Of a stretch of 64,000 nucleotides of DNA, positions 50,351-63,729 are shown in pieces. Position 1 is the first letter of the stretch. Each line of letters starts with the position of its first letter. Below the pieces are notes generated by a model. That model was given only the letters and a program-made list of their open reading frames with translations, did not search any database and had not been told where the DNA came from. The translations under genes and the position numbers were made by a program. Source of the DNA: Mobula birostris. Taxonomy: Eukaryota. The stretch lies in assembly GCF_030028105.1 (NCBI RefSeq), contig NC_092396.1:17381820-17445819 (forward strand). The letters are read 5' to 3'.

Positions 50351-51597
50351 GAACCACATCAATTTACAAGCCATTAGACTTATAAATTCAAGTGTCTGTA
50401 CATTGCGATGGAGTCATAAAGCAAAGATTTTTACTCCCTCACGTTGTGGGATGGACGTAAGATTTAAATAAATTCGATTCAAATTCAAAGATTATTACTG
50501 AAAATAAAAATTCATTGTGTAGAGGTTACTTATGATTGACAAGAAAGGGTACACATCAATAGATCCTTTTCTGGTTGGCAAAATGTATCAGTGCTGGAGC
50601 GTGGACTTTTCTAATTTCTATGAATGACTTGAGTGAAGGCATCAGGTTTGGTTGTTGAACTTATAGGTTAGCAAGTAAGTTGTCAGGGTGCTACAACGGG
50701 CCACAGATAGGTTAAGAAAGTTGACAAAGATCTTGCACATGCAATATAATGTGAAATTGTTAATTAGGTTTTGTAATTTCTTTTGGAAAGTGTGAAAGCA
50801 AAGTCTATAAGTCTTGTATTTCAAATTTTCAGTATCTGTAATATTTTGATTTTCAGTTATAATTTTCTTTGCAAGCTTTGATTCCATTTACCTGTGCTAT
50901 ATTGGTTCCCAAATCATTGAAGTTGTCCTTTCTCCAACTGATCATTTTAACTTGTAATGGTATATATTCTAAGCTTTACAAAATCATGGTCACTCATCCT
51001 AGATGTTTCTCCATTACCTTCCCCCTTGGGACAGAACTATACCAATCAAGAACATTCTCCTGAACACATTCCAGAAACTACAGCCCTCTTTACCTATTGT
51101 TATTGCTATCCAGATATGAATTTGAATAATTGAAATCACACACTATCATTACTCCATAATTTATGCACATCAGTGTATTTCCCATGAAGGTTATAAACCT
51201 CCAATATTTATTGCTCAGTTGACACTGCTCTTCTGTCCCTATGCAGCTGAGCCAGGAATGGTACTGTGATCTTTTGTTTTTCATGGAAACAAACCATTCA
51301 GTCCAAATCATCAATACTGATCAGTAGGCAGCCTTCTGAATGAATCCCATTGCACAGCATATGGTCCATTGTCTTCCATGATTAAGTGTTTCAGGTGCTA
51401 TGTAGACACTTCTTAAATGCCATCAGTTTAACCACTCTCTCAGGCAGTGTATTCCAGGTACCTGCCACTCTCTGGGTGAAGGTCTCCCTGATATCACCTC
51501 CACCTCTCTTCCCCCTCACTCTGAGCTAATATCCTCTCGTTTTATCTACTTCTGCTATGGAGTAAATGCTTTCTTCAATCTACATATACCCCATATA

Positions 51598-53912
51598 CAG
51601 TGGATTCTGGTTAATTGGGCAGTTACTTATCTAGGACAACTCTTAAAGAAAAAGAAACAAATTAAGAAAATAGCCGAAATTCCCTTCATTTACTTGTGAC
51701 ATTGTGCCGCTTAATTGGGGCAGGAGAAGGTCAGTCACAGACCGTGAGAGCAAACAGTTGTGTCAGCTGCGGTGTGCTTATGTTACCCATTTGGGTCGAC
51801 GGAAGCCAATTCAAAAAGCAGTGATTTTTGATAATATTTTTTATTTTGATCCTTGCTAAGATGCCATGAAAGCCTTTGATCTTAGCTGAAAAAATTACCT
51901 TACTGGACCAAATTGAAAGCCATCCGCCCAACACCGCTCTTCGTCAGGTGGCAGAGGTAACTGGAGTGCCGAAATCTACAATTTCATGCTTGATACATCA
52001 GCAAGATAAACTGTGAGAAGAATGGGCATTGCACGAGGGACAACAGGAAACATCCCGAAAACAGTATGGTACCACGCAGTGGTTAGCATGAAGCTATTAT
52101 GACTTGGTGTCAGAGTTCAGAGTTCAATTCTGATGTCATCTGCAAGGAAAATGTACATCCTCCCCATGGAATGCATGGGTTTTCTCTGGGTGCTCCGATT
52201 TCCTTCCACAGTCCAGAGACGTACCGGTTGGTAAGGTAATTGGTGATTGTAAATTGTCCCGTGATTAGGTTAGTATTGAATCGGGGTTGTTGGGGCTGAA
52301 GAGCCTACTCTGTGCTGTGTGTCTCTAAATAAAAATGAAAGTGTGAAGGTAAGGTCCAGATGTTGAAGACGCCATTGTAACTGGACAAGGTGTGCATGAC
52401 AGTGGACCGGTGTTAAAAAGCAAATCAGAGGAACTAGCTAAGAAGCTGGGTCACGAAGACTTTAAAGCAACAGATGGTTGGTTGTCTCAATGGAAATTTA
52501 GGTACACATTAAAATCAGGAACATTCACAGCAAGAAAGGTGGTGCAGAAACATGGAAATCTACAAAACTCCCCGACTTCCTTCAGAAATTTTGTGCAATG
52601 TCGATGGAACAGGCCTTTTTTTAATCATGCCACGCTGGATGGTTCTCTTTGCTACAAACATGCAGTACTATCAGGTTCAAAGAAACCAATGGATTATGTA
52701 ACTTATGTTGTGCAAATATGTCAAGAACTGATAAAAAGAAATAGTTGGTTAGTTGGATAAGTGTTAAACTTTGATGCTTTAAGGCTAAGAAGAATAATTT
52801 ATCCATTGAGTTTATGCTAATAAAATGTGTGGATGACTTTTGAAACTTTTAAGAAATGGCTGATAGGTTGGGATATGGAGCTACAGCAGAAATTAAGCAA
52901 AATTCTTCTGCTTGTGGACAATTGTACAGCACACTGTGATGTAGAATGTTGGAGAAACATCCAGATGGAATTTCTGCCTGCCAATACAACATCCTTGGTA
53001 CAACCATTGGATATGGGAATCATAAAAAATCTAAAGACATTGTATCGCAGAAAGTTGGTGAACCACATTCTCGAAGCAAATGAAGAACTGACATCTTCAC
53101 CAGCCAAGGAAATGAATGTAAGGGTTCAACTTTTACAGTTTGTCAATGATGAGAAATAAACATCAAGACAATTCGGAAGTGTTTTGCTCACTGCGGTTTC
53201 AAGCATTCAAGCTTGGAGATGCCCGAAACGGCCAGGAGTGAAAACGAAATGATTTCACTACTACAATGAGTTAGGAACTTTGCAGAATTTGAAGGTATTA
53301 ATAATCATCTTGAAATTTACTATGAAAAAAAGAATTATGAAGAAAAAGAATTTCAGGATGAATATTGTATACAGTTTTCTGACATTAAATGTACCTTTTG
53401 AAACCTTTGAAATGAAGATTTTGGGGGATGTAATTGTCAAGAGCATTGTATCAAAACACCAAGGTGGGGAAAATGAAGACGAGGAAAATGATGAGTGTCA
53501 CATAGTTGAACCTGAGCTTGCGACTACACAAGATGCCAGGAAGTTTATTGTTTAATTTTGACATCACTTCATTTCCAAAGCATTGAAGGCAGTCCATTAG
53601 TTGCACTAGGTGTTTACGCTGATTTTGTTTATGTACAGTCAATCAAAAGAACACACCAGCATATACTCGATGAATTCCTCTGTTAGTAACCATTAAAATC
53701 TACACAGTTTTATAATACTGTGGTAATATTGGTAGTATTCTAATTTCTTCTGTATTTCATTTAAATGCATTTTTTAAACTCAGTTAAATGGTAGTTTGCC
53801 TTTTTTAATATATCTTTTTAACTGTTTCCATGAAACTTCAGATAATTGGGACAGACAATTAATTGGGCCAAAATGTACCGGTCCCATGTGCCCCAATTAA
53901 TCAGAATCCACT
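51598..53912 (+). mobile_element. Tigger/pogo-family DNA transposon with a decayed transposase, interrupted by a SINE at about 52065-52335
   Basis: TA|CAGTGGATTCTGGTTAATTGGG and CCCAATTAATCAGAATCCACT termini. ATG at 51861; CENP-B HTH remnant (FKATDGWLSQWK) and DDE_1 remnant (ILLLVDNCTAH...FLPANTTSLVQPLDMGII). Confidence 0.9.
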
Positions 53913-53914
53913 AC

Positions 53915-55760
53915 CTCAGTCATTCCCCGCCTTAACCTCCTCCAGTCCAAGGAGAATAAACCTATTTTCTACAGTCTTTTCTCATGACTAAGTTGCTCCA
54001 TCCCAGGCAACATCCTGGTGAATTTCCTCTGTGCCCTCTCCAACACTATCACATCATTGACACTTGAAAGGATCCATGGACTTGTGCCTCTGTTTCTCTA
54101 TATTCCCTAAAGCCCTTCCATCTATTGTGCCTAACCTAGTCTCTTTAGTGCCCCCAAAATGCATCACTGCAGATTTGTCTGGATTAAATTCCATCTGCCG
54201 TTGTTTTTCAGCCCATTCCACCCATCAGTATCTCTGCAGCCTTTGCCCTCCACACTGTCAACAATTCTGCCAATCTGTCATCTATGAATTTTTCCTCCCA
54301 CATCCAAGTAACTCAAGTACATGGCAGACTGCTCCCACATCCAAGTAACTCAAGTACATGGCAGACTGCATGGGTTTTGTTGCTTTGTTGGGGGTATCCA
54401 TGATATTCGATCACAAAAACAACTCTCACCTTTCTGACTCCTATTGCCAAGCCATGTTGGCTACCTGATTAATCCCTGCCTTTCCAGTTGAGTGTTAGTC
54501 CTCTCCTTCAGAATGTTTTCCAGTATCTTCTGTGCCACCGATGTTAAGCTCACAGGTTTATCTTTACTAGCCTTTTTCCTGCTATATTTATTGAAGAAGG
54601 TGACCACATTTGCTGTCCTCCAGTTACCTGGTGTCTCACTTCTGTCCAGCAGTGTCTTCCTTGCTCCCTGTAGTATCCTGCAGTAAATCCCACCTGGTCC
54701 TAGAGACTCAGCCACCTCCAATGCTTTGAGTATCCCATCTTTATTTATGGAGATCTGTAATAGACCTTTGCCATTTTCCTTTTTCAATGGATTTTTCAAC
54801 TACAAAGGCTTTAATTTATAAGAATACTGATTTTTTAAAAACTATTTAGGACCTTGCCTATACCTTCTGGCTCTATGCACAGATGGCCTCCATTGCCCTT
54901 AATGGAACCACTTCTCTGGTTATTCTTTTGCCCTTACTGTACTCTAGAAAGTCTTCAGATTTACCTGGTGACCTCTCATGACCCCTACAGAAACATATTT
55001 GCCTTGAAATCATGCTCTTTCCCCTTGGAGTGCTACTTGCTGTGTAGATGCTCTTCCCCCTCGGAATGCTACCCACTGTGTAGATGTAGACCTACAAGTA
55101 GATGCTCCCAATGTATCTTTGCCAAGTCCTCCCTTATGTTAATGAAATTAGTCTTCCAATTTTAAAATCCTTATTACTGATCCAAATCTATCCTTTACCG
55201 TAACTATTTAAAAAGACAAATAAATCTGAGTACCTCCACCTCAGTGGAGTTATGTTCCATATAACCCTCATTCCACTTGACTAGTTAGATTCTGCAAGAT
55301 GAAACTTCATTCACAGAGTGTAGCACTTACTGCTCTGTCTATATATTGTGCCAAAAAGCTCCTCTGGATACCTCTCAAAAAAATTTTCCCCTTCAGAACC
55401 TTTAACGAACAGGCTATCCCAGTGAAATCGCCCAGTATGATTATGACATCCACCTACATCTTTGTTTCTCTCCCTCCTGTGAACTGCTGGGAGCTCTGTA
55501 ATTATAGACCCAGCAAAGTGATAACTTTTTTTTTGTTTCTAACTTACCATTTATAGCCTCATTTGAAAAGGTTTCTGGAACACTCTACTGAAGTAATGTA
55601 ATATTTGACGATCAGTGCAATACCATCTTTCCTTTCCCAGCCCCACCCCCACCATCTCGCTGATTCTCTGGGGTATAAAGTTGCCAGTCCTGCTCATCCT
55701 ACAATCATATCTCATTAATTACATTAATATCATAGACACTTGTGTTAATTAAAGCTTTAA
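53915..55760 (-). mobile_element. Old CR1 LINE fragments (continuing from 51340-51595 across the Tigger insertion)
   Basis: ORF with NWRTANVVTFFNK...KPVSLTSVAQKILENI, typical of CR1 ORF2. Confidence 0.72.
54297..54369 (+). repeat. Perfect 36-bp tandem duplication
   Basis: CCCACATCCAAGTAACTCAAGTACATGGCAGACTGC occurs twice in tandem. Confidence 0.85.
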
Positions 55761-56055
55761 TTTCATCCTTGACTTCTCACTTGTTGAATCTACTGGACTT
55801 GCTGTTTTCCCTCTTGGCCAGGGTTCCCAACTTGGGGTCCACAGGCCCCTCGGCTAATGGTAAAAAAGGTTGGGAACGCCTGCTCTCCGTGATTGTATCT
55901 CTCCATTTTGCTTTAAATATTTATTTAGTCAGTAACTTTCTGTAATTTGTGCTTTTTGATGGGTTTATTCATTGTGAAGATGTGCAGTACTTCACTCTTG
56001 TTTTAAGTAGGCAAACTTTCTGTGTAGTATTATTTAATTAAAGACATCTCATGTA

Positions 56056-57674
56056 CAGTGGCATGCAAAAGTTTGGGCACCCCTGGCCAAAATCCCTGTT
56101 ACTGTGAATAGCTAAGCGAGTAAAAGATGACCTGATTTCCAAAAGGCATAAAGTTAAAGATGACACATTTCTTTAATATTTTAAGCAAGATTACTTTTTT
56201 ATTTCCATCTTTTACAGTTTCAGAATAACAAAAAAGGAAAAGGGCCTGAAGCAAGAGTTTGGGCACCCTGCATGGTCAGTACTCAGTAACACCCCCTTTG
56301 GCAAGTATCACAGCTTGTAAACGCTTTCTGTAGCCAGCTAAGAGTATTTCAGTTCTTGTTTGGGGAATTTTCACCCATTCTTCCTTGCAAAAGGCTTCTA
56401 GTTCTGTGAGATTCTTGGGCCATCTTGCATGCACTGCTCTTTTGAGGTCTATCCACAGATTTTTGATTATGTTTAGGTTGGGGAACTGTGAGGGTCATGG
56501 CAAAACCTTCAGCTTGCGCCTCTTGAGGTAGTCCATTGTGGATTTTGAGGTGTGTTTAGGATCATTACCCTGTTGTAGAAGCCATCCTCTTTTTGTCTTT
56601 GGCTTTTTTACAGACGGTGTGATGTTTGCTTCCAAAATTTGCTGGTATTTAATTGAATTCATTCTTCCATCTACCAGTGAAATGTTCCCTGTGCCACTGG
56701 CTGCAACACAAGCCCAAAGCATGATCGATCCACCCCCGTGCTTAACAGTTGAAGAGGTGTTCTTTTCATGAAATTTTGCACCCTTTTTTCTCCAAACATA
56801 CCTTTGCTCAATGCGGCCAGAAAGTTCCATTTTAACTTCATCAGCCCACAGGACTTGTTTTCAAAATGCATCAGGCTTGTTTAGATGTTCCTTTGCAAAC
56901 TTCTGATGCTGAATTTTGTGGCGAGGATGCAGGAAAGGTTTTCTTCTGATGACTCTTCCATGAAGGTCATATTTGTGCAGGTGTCACTACACAGTAGAAT
57001 AGTGTACCACCACTCCAGAGTCTGCTAAATTTTCCTGAAGGTCTTTTGCAGTCAAATGGGGGTTTTGATTTGCCTGTCTAGCAATCCTATGAGCAGTTCT
57101 CTCAGAAAGTTTTTTTGGTCTTCCAGACCTGAACTTGACCTCCATCGTTCCTGTTAACTGCCATTTCTTAATTACATTACAAACTGAGGAAACGGCTACC
57201 TGAAAGCGGTTTGCTATCTTCTTATAGCCTTCTCCTGCTTTGTGGGCATCATTTATTTTAATTTTCAGAGTGCTAGACAGCTGCTTAGAGGAGCCTATGG
57301 ATGCTGATTGTTAGGACAAGGTTTGAGGAGTCAGGGTATTTATAAAGCTTTGAAATTTGCATCACCTGGCCTTTCCTAACGATGACTGTGAACAAGCCAT
57401 AGCCCTAACAAGCTAATTAAGGTCTGAGACCTTGGTAAAAGTTATCTGAGAGCTCAAATTTCTTGGGGTGCCCAAACTTTTGCATGGTACTCCTTTCCTT
57501 TTTTCCCCACTCTAAAATTGTACAAAACAAAAATAATACACTAATCTTGCTTAAAATGTTGAAAAGAATATTTCATCTTTAACTTTGACTTTTGGAGATC
57601 AGTTCATCTTCTACTCAACTATTCACAGTAACAGAAATTTTGACTAGGGGTGCCCAAATTTTTGCATGCCACTG
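56056..57674 (-). mobile_element. Full-length (~1.6 kb) Tc1-like transposon C, IR/DR type, with a disrupted ORF
   Basis: TA|CAGTGGCATGCAAAAGTTTGGGCACCC and GGGTGCCCAAATTTTTGCATGCCACTG termini; internal repeats at about 56251 and 57466; motifs TVKHGGGSIMLW and QQGNDPKHTS. Confidence 0.92.
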
Positions 57675-58959
57675 TTTGTCCTTAAGATAGCCTTTTTATG
57701 TGTAAGTGAAATTTCAGCACAGTCAATATTAAAAGCAAATATAAACAGATTTCTGGAATGTGAGACGCCAACAACAGCCAAAATATTTGTACTTACATTT
57801 AACATGTTTATAAATTGTTAAACTTAAAATACTGCTCATTTACAGTTAAGACAGTAATGCATTGTATTTTCCTCAAACATTTTTTTTTCTTTCTGTCACT
57901 TTGTATTGTTAATTATTTATCAAGAAGCTAAAATTTGCAGATGTTCTCTACCTATTGGTAATACCTTAAGATCCTCCAGTTTAAAGAGGTACAAATTATA
58001 ATAAATGAAGGAACCTTTTCAACTTGAATCAGCAAGTGATCTTATAAACCACTGACAGATCTCCCCACATTGTAGTGTGGTTGCTGAGTCCAGTCCATCT
58101 ATTGGCACAAGTTGGGGGGTGGAGGAGAAGAAACTTTATTTAAAAGAATTATACAAACTCCCAAGTAAAGAAACTTATTCTTGTTAAGGATGAAGAGTGT
58201 AAACATTAGTCTTCATGGTGGAACAGCACAGATGGTGTCTGTGAAAATCTATGGAAAGAATGCTGTTTTATTTTATAAATGAGCTCTCTTGTCAGTCTGA
58301 TTCCAGACAATTCATTATTTTTGACGAATTTTCCTTGGGTTACTGGGTTTCACCTTTGATGGCTTAATGAAATGTATAAGCTTTTAATTTCATTGGTGGC
58401 AGGATGGATAAATGTACATTGGGCACTTGGAGTGGAGGCATCAGCTGCTCAGGAAACCCCATTACCACTTCTGTGAACAACTGGCCTTTTCTGCAACATC
58501 CATGTCCCCAAAATTAATTTTTCAAATGAGCTGGAAGCTTCAGGTTCGGCAGTCTGTGCTGCATTAGGTGTCCAGGTTGGGGCTCATTGTCTCCATTCTA
58601 GGAGTAGAAGTGATAATTAGCTGTGCCCTTGCTTGAAATAGGTGCTGAGTGATTTTCCAAGATGCACCGCACTCGTGGGCATTGGATGCCAATAGGATTG
58701 AGGTATGAGCGTAAAGCCTGATGCTGTCAGGCACCTTTAAAATAACTAAACATCTCGTGGATGTTCAACAAAATTTAGTAACAAAATTCAGTCAACATGG
58801 AGTGTGTTTAAGCAAGTGGGGGAAATCGCAAGGAAGCCTAGATCAACTGAAGGTAAAAACTTCAATGGTGAAGAGATTAAAATCTTGTTGTCCAGACCCT
58901 GTTGTTTATAATAACTACTTGTGGCATTGGAAGTATCGAAGTCCCTTGGAAACTTGAGT

Positions 58960-60523
58960 GTGAGGCAAAAAATACCTGCATATTGCATCACCGATATCTT
59001 TAACCTGTCACTTCGGCAGAATGAGGTAGCCACTTGCTTCAAGCAGGCTTCAGTTTTACTGGTGCCCAAGAAGAACGGGATAACCTGCCTCAGTGACTAT
59101 CATCCAGTAACACATCCAATGTGATGATGTTCTTTGAGAGGTTGGTGATGAAACAAGTCAACTCCTGTCTGAGAAGCTACTTGGGTCCTCTTCCAATTTG
59201 CCTACTATCACAATAGGTCAATAGCACATGCCATTTCATTGGTTCTTCATTCAGCCCTGGAACATCGGGACAATGAAGATACAAACATTAGGATGCTCTT
59301 CACTGACTAGAGGTTGGCATTCAATACTATCATGCCCTCTAAACTAATCAATAAGCTTCAAGACCTTGGCCTCAATACCTCTTTGTGCAACCAGATCCTC
59401 GATTTCCTCACTTGTAGACCCCAGTCAGTTCAGATTAGTAATATCTCCTTCACAATCTCCATCAGTGCAGGTGCACTACAAGGCTGTGTGCTTAGCTCCC
59501 TGCTGTACTTGCTTTCCACTTATGACTGTGAGGCTAAGCACAGCTCCAATGCCATATTTAAATTTGCTGATGACACCACTGTTGTTGGCTGAATCAAAGG
59601 AGGTGCTGAATCAGCATATAGGAGGGAGATTAAAAATCTGGCTGAGTAGTGCCACAACAAAACCTCTCGCTCTATGTCAGCAAGACCAAGGAACTGATTA
59701 TTGACTTCAAGAGGAAGAAACCAGAGGTCCATGAGCCAGCCCTCATTGGGGGATCGGAGGTGGAGGGGGTCAGCAATTTTAAATTCCTTTGTGTTATCGT
59801 TTCAGAGGATCTGTCCTGGGTCCGAACGCAAGTGCCATTATGAAGAAAGCAGAGGAGTGCCTCTACTTTCTTAGAAGTTTGTGAAGATTCAGCATGTCAT
59901 CCTAAACTTTGACAGACTTCTATAGATGTGTGGTGGACAGTATATTGACTGGTTGCATCATGGCCTGGTATGGAATACCAATGCTTTTCAATGGAATAGC
60001 CTAAAAAAGTAGTGGTTACAGCCTAGTCCATCGCAGACAAAGCCCTTGCCACCATTTAGCACATCTACACAGAGCGCTGTCATGGGAAAGCATCCATCAT
60101 CAAGGACCTCCACCACCCAGGCCATGCTGTCTTCTCACTGCTGCCATCAGGAAGTAGTTACATATGAGGCTCAGGACCCGTACCACCAAGTACAGGAACA
60201 GTTACTACCCCTCAGTCATCACTTTCTTGAACCAGAGGGGATAACTTCACCCACCCCAACTAATGGACTCACTTTTAAGGATTCTTTATCTCACGTTCTC
60301 AATATTTATTGCTTGCTTGCTTATTTATTATTTCCCTTTTGTTAACTTTCTGTATTTGCACAGTTTGTTGTCGTTTGCACCCTGGTTGATTGTCCTGTTG
60401 GGTGCAGTCTTACATTGATTCTACTGTGTTTCTTGTTTATTGTTATCACAAGCAAATGAATCTCAGTGTTGCATATGGTGATTGTATATGTACAGCACTT
60501 TGATAAGTTTATTTTGAACTTTG
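58960..60523 (+). mobile_element. Rex1/Babar-type LINE, RT region to 3' tail, decayed
   Basis: CFKQASVLLVPKK...LSDYHPV; AFNTI...GCVLSSLLY...[10 protein letters not shown]; tail TTTGAACTTTGAA. Confidence 0.85.
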
Positions 60524-60619
60524 AACAGCACTCTTGACCTGATGTGTAACATTGAATGAGATATGATGCTCCATCAGGAATTGAGAGTGGTGCTGTATTA
60601 AGTGTTTTGGGATTCACTT

Positions 60620-61020
60620 TTATGTCACAGTATGTTATCCAACCTTTATAAACCTACCCCATGATCAACCTAAATCTTCCCTCGTACACAGCCAAATACT
60701 CTACATTTATCTTTCATCCATGTACCTATCTAAAAGTCGTCTAAATTACCCTAATGCATCTGCCTCAACCACCACCCCCAGCAGTGCACTGCAGGCACCC
60801 ACCACTCTCTGTTTTAAAAAAAAAACTACCTCTGACATGTCCCCTATACTTTACTACTCTCCTCACTGACCTTAAAAGGATGTCCTCTGCACTTGCTGCA
60901 CTGGGGAAAAAGTTGTCCACTCTATCTACACCTTTTATAATCTTATACACCCCTACTCAGTCACCTGTCATCTTCCTTTGTTCCAAAGTGAAAAAACCTT
61001 GCTGGATCACCCTATCCATA
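60620..61020 (-). mobile_element. CR1 LINE 3' fragment
   Basis: MYKIIKGVDRVDNFFP...YRGHVRGSFFF. Confidence 0.7.
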
Positions 61021-61022
61021 TA

Positions 61023-61556
61023 CAGTACTGTGCAAAAGTCTTAGGCACATATATAAGACTTCTGCGCAGTGCTGTATTTGTCAAATGTGGAGCAGTGAGC
61101 GAGTTTGTAAATCTGATGGGAGCAAAGGATATTGGGAATGGTGAGGGTGGAGCACCGTGCGAGGGGTGTGGGACAGGTGGCAGAGAAGGGGTGCCAGGGG
61201 CGGGAGGGGTGGCATGCGTGAAGACACACCCTGCCCTGAAAACACCAGGCAAGGTAATTTAATACCTTATTATTGATTTATTGATCATTACTGAATGTCT
61301 CTGCAGTGCTTCCTGCTCCCTCCCCTCTCCTTTCCACTTTTCCCAACAATGATTCCCCTTTTCCTGTCCCCTTCTCACTCTCAGTCCACAATAGAGACCC
61401 ATAACAGGTTTATCATTACTCACATATGTCATGAAATTTGATTTTTTTTTTGCAGCAGCAGCTGTACAGTGCAATACATAAAATTACTACAGTATTATGC
61501 AGAAGTGTTAGGCACCCGAGCTATATATATATGGCCAAGACTTTTGCACAGTACTG
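61023..61556. mobile_element. Composite Tc1/mariner-type MITE
   Basis: TA|CAGTACTGTGCAAAAGTCTT and AAGACTTTTGCACAGTACTG|TA termini; each end is itself a small inverted-repeat unit. Confidence 0.82.
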
Positions 61557-62499
61557 TAAGACGTGGAAAGGATGTAGCCTTGAGAGTACACACACACACC
61601 CTTACCAGAAGGGTTTCTGTGTCGTGTGCAGGAAACTTGTCTGGCTTACTCCTCCCTGACTAGAGGGCTTACAGCCTTGTCTCTTGCACTGTTCAGCCAG
61701 CTCAGTGCAGACGAAGACATTCCTTCTGAGTCTAAGTCACTCCCTGAAACAGCTGTGTCTCTGACAACCTCTTGCATGCAAGCTGAAGGAATGAGGAATG
61801 TGTGCTTACTATTTGTCTGATTTGCAGCAATCTATATCTTTTATTGTGCATTTTACAAAATCAACTTTCAGCAGGGTAATGGTAAAATGGGATTTGGTTA
61901 CCAATGCTGGATGTCAATGATTGTTGCACTTAGCTTGCATGGGAAAATGTATGTGCTTGGATTACTTTTGTAGATTTTGTAGATTTTAACTGTTTTCAGA
62001 TGTTCAACAGCAGAAACTTTTCCTTGCTGAGTTCTTCCAACACTTTATGTGTGTTGCTCCACACTTTGTCCTCTTCTGATTTCAAGTTGTTCCCTGTTTG
62101 TAATGCTGGAGATTTCTGAAATCTCTGTTGTGGATACCTGGGGTAACTTGCATGGCAAATCAAAACCTATGTTGCTAGTAAACCGGTTTTATTATTGGTC
62201 ATGGATCAGGGCAAGTTTCATTTCTCTGGCCCATGGATAGTTCAGGGAATTAGAGATCTTAGTATTTACAAAGACTCCGAAATGGAGTTTGGGTGGAAGA
62301 GGCTCTAGGGTGATCTGATTTCAAAACAGCAAGGATGTAGGGAGGGAGCAAGGAAGTATTTGTAAGATGGGCACAATTGCAAGATGTGAGGAAAAAGTCA
62401 GAGTGAAATGGACTGAGCTGTGGAGCTAGAGGGAGAAGGGTTTGCAGTTTGGACTGAAGAGGTTTACTTACATGAGTCAATGGTTTCAGAAGCCTTTAA

Positions 62500-62870
62500 G
62501 TCCCATGCCACCAGGTTCAGGAACAGTTATTACCCCTCAGCCATCAGGCTACTGAACCTGTGTGGATAACTTCACTCACCTCCACTCTGAACTGATTCCA
62601 CAATATGAAGTCACTTTCAAGGACTCTACAACTCACGTTATCAGTATGCATGTTTTTAATGTATGCATTACTTATTCAGTTAGTTAGTTGATTTATTTAT
62701 TCCTTCCACAGCTTGCCTTTATATGCAGATTTGTTAATTGTTAATCTTTGTTTTGTGTGTAGTTTTTCATTGATTCTATTCTATTTTTGTGTTGTACTGC
62801 AAATGCCTGCAAGAAAATGAATCTCAAGGGAGTATATGATGACATATGCATACTTGAATAACAAATTTGA
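62500..62870 (+). mobile_element. Rex1/Babar-type LINE 3' end
   Basis: Homologous to 49555-49905. Confidence 0.7.
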
Positions 62871-63729
62871 ACATCATGTAATCTGTCTGGATTGTAGGTC
62901 AACTCCTAATATGGGCTATTACCTCTCAGAGGTCTGGGTTTAGTGCTCCAATTTAAAACTTCTGGAAGTTTGTAGTTAATAGTTATCGGAATAACATGGG
63001 GAGATGCTCTTTGCTATTTTATGATTTGAAAGGTTAGCATGAATAATTGTTTTCAGCACCTTTTACTCTGAGTTGAAATGACATTTGTATAATCTCAGTC
63101 ACAGTATGCTTATCAAAGACTGCCATCTTCTTGCTGTCAAGTTACAGCCCACTGCAGCTCGAGCAACAGTACTTCCGGATTAAAGGTTTTGCATGGTTTT
63201 ACTATCGAGATAACAGGATCTGAGCAGAATGAAATTCTTGCAAAAGACAGTGGAATTTTGTGCATTTGTTACAACATAAAACAGTTTACAGCAGAGTATC
63301 CAGGACACAGGACCTTTAGACTATTTCCAAAGCAATCCCCAGTCCACAAACTGATTAAAATGGTAAGCTTGAGTGGTGTTCATACCTCTGCCCAGATTCT
63401 TAAAGAGCATGGACACCCATTCAACTGTTAAGTGCCTTTATTTGCAGTGAACTGAAGCCAGATCCAGGTCCACTTCTTCTGTTGCAGATTGGCCTGAATC
63501 AGAGTTTAATTTGGCCTTAAATAAATGAATCTGTGCAGAATCTTGAATGTAGTTTCACACTGATGTGTATTCTGTGCATTCTACATCTCTTAATTTTGTT
63601 TTGGGATCTGGATGCATCTAGTAAGGCTAGCATCTATTACTCATCCCTAATTATCCTGGCAAAATGGTGGTGAGCCATCACTTTGAGCTACTGCACTCAT
63701 TCTAGTAAAAGTATATCCACAGTATTTAT

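Noticed and set aside
51861-53555. Domesticated TIGD/CENP-B-like gene
   Set aside because: A stop at codon 3, several frameshifts, a SINE insertion and retained TIRs mark it as a dead transposon.
55012-55090. Imperfect 36-bp tandem duplication (also a 15-bp duplication at 44639-44668)
   Set aside because: Two-copy local slippage events with no sign of function.
61626-61820. Possible coding exon (QLSADEDIPSESKSLPETAV...)
   Set aside because: An acceptor-like site is present, but there is no convincing donor and no recognisable homology, including to KLHL21.
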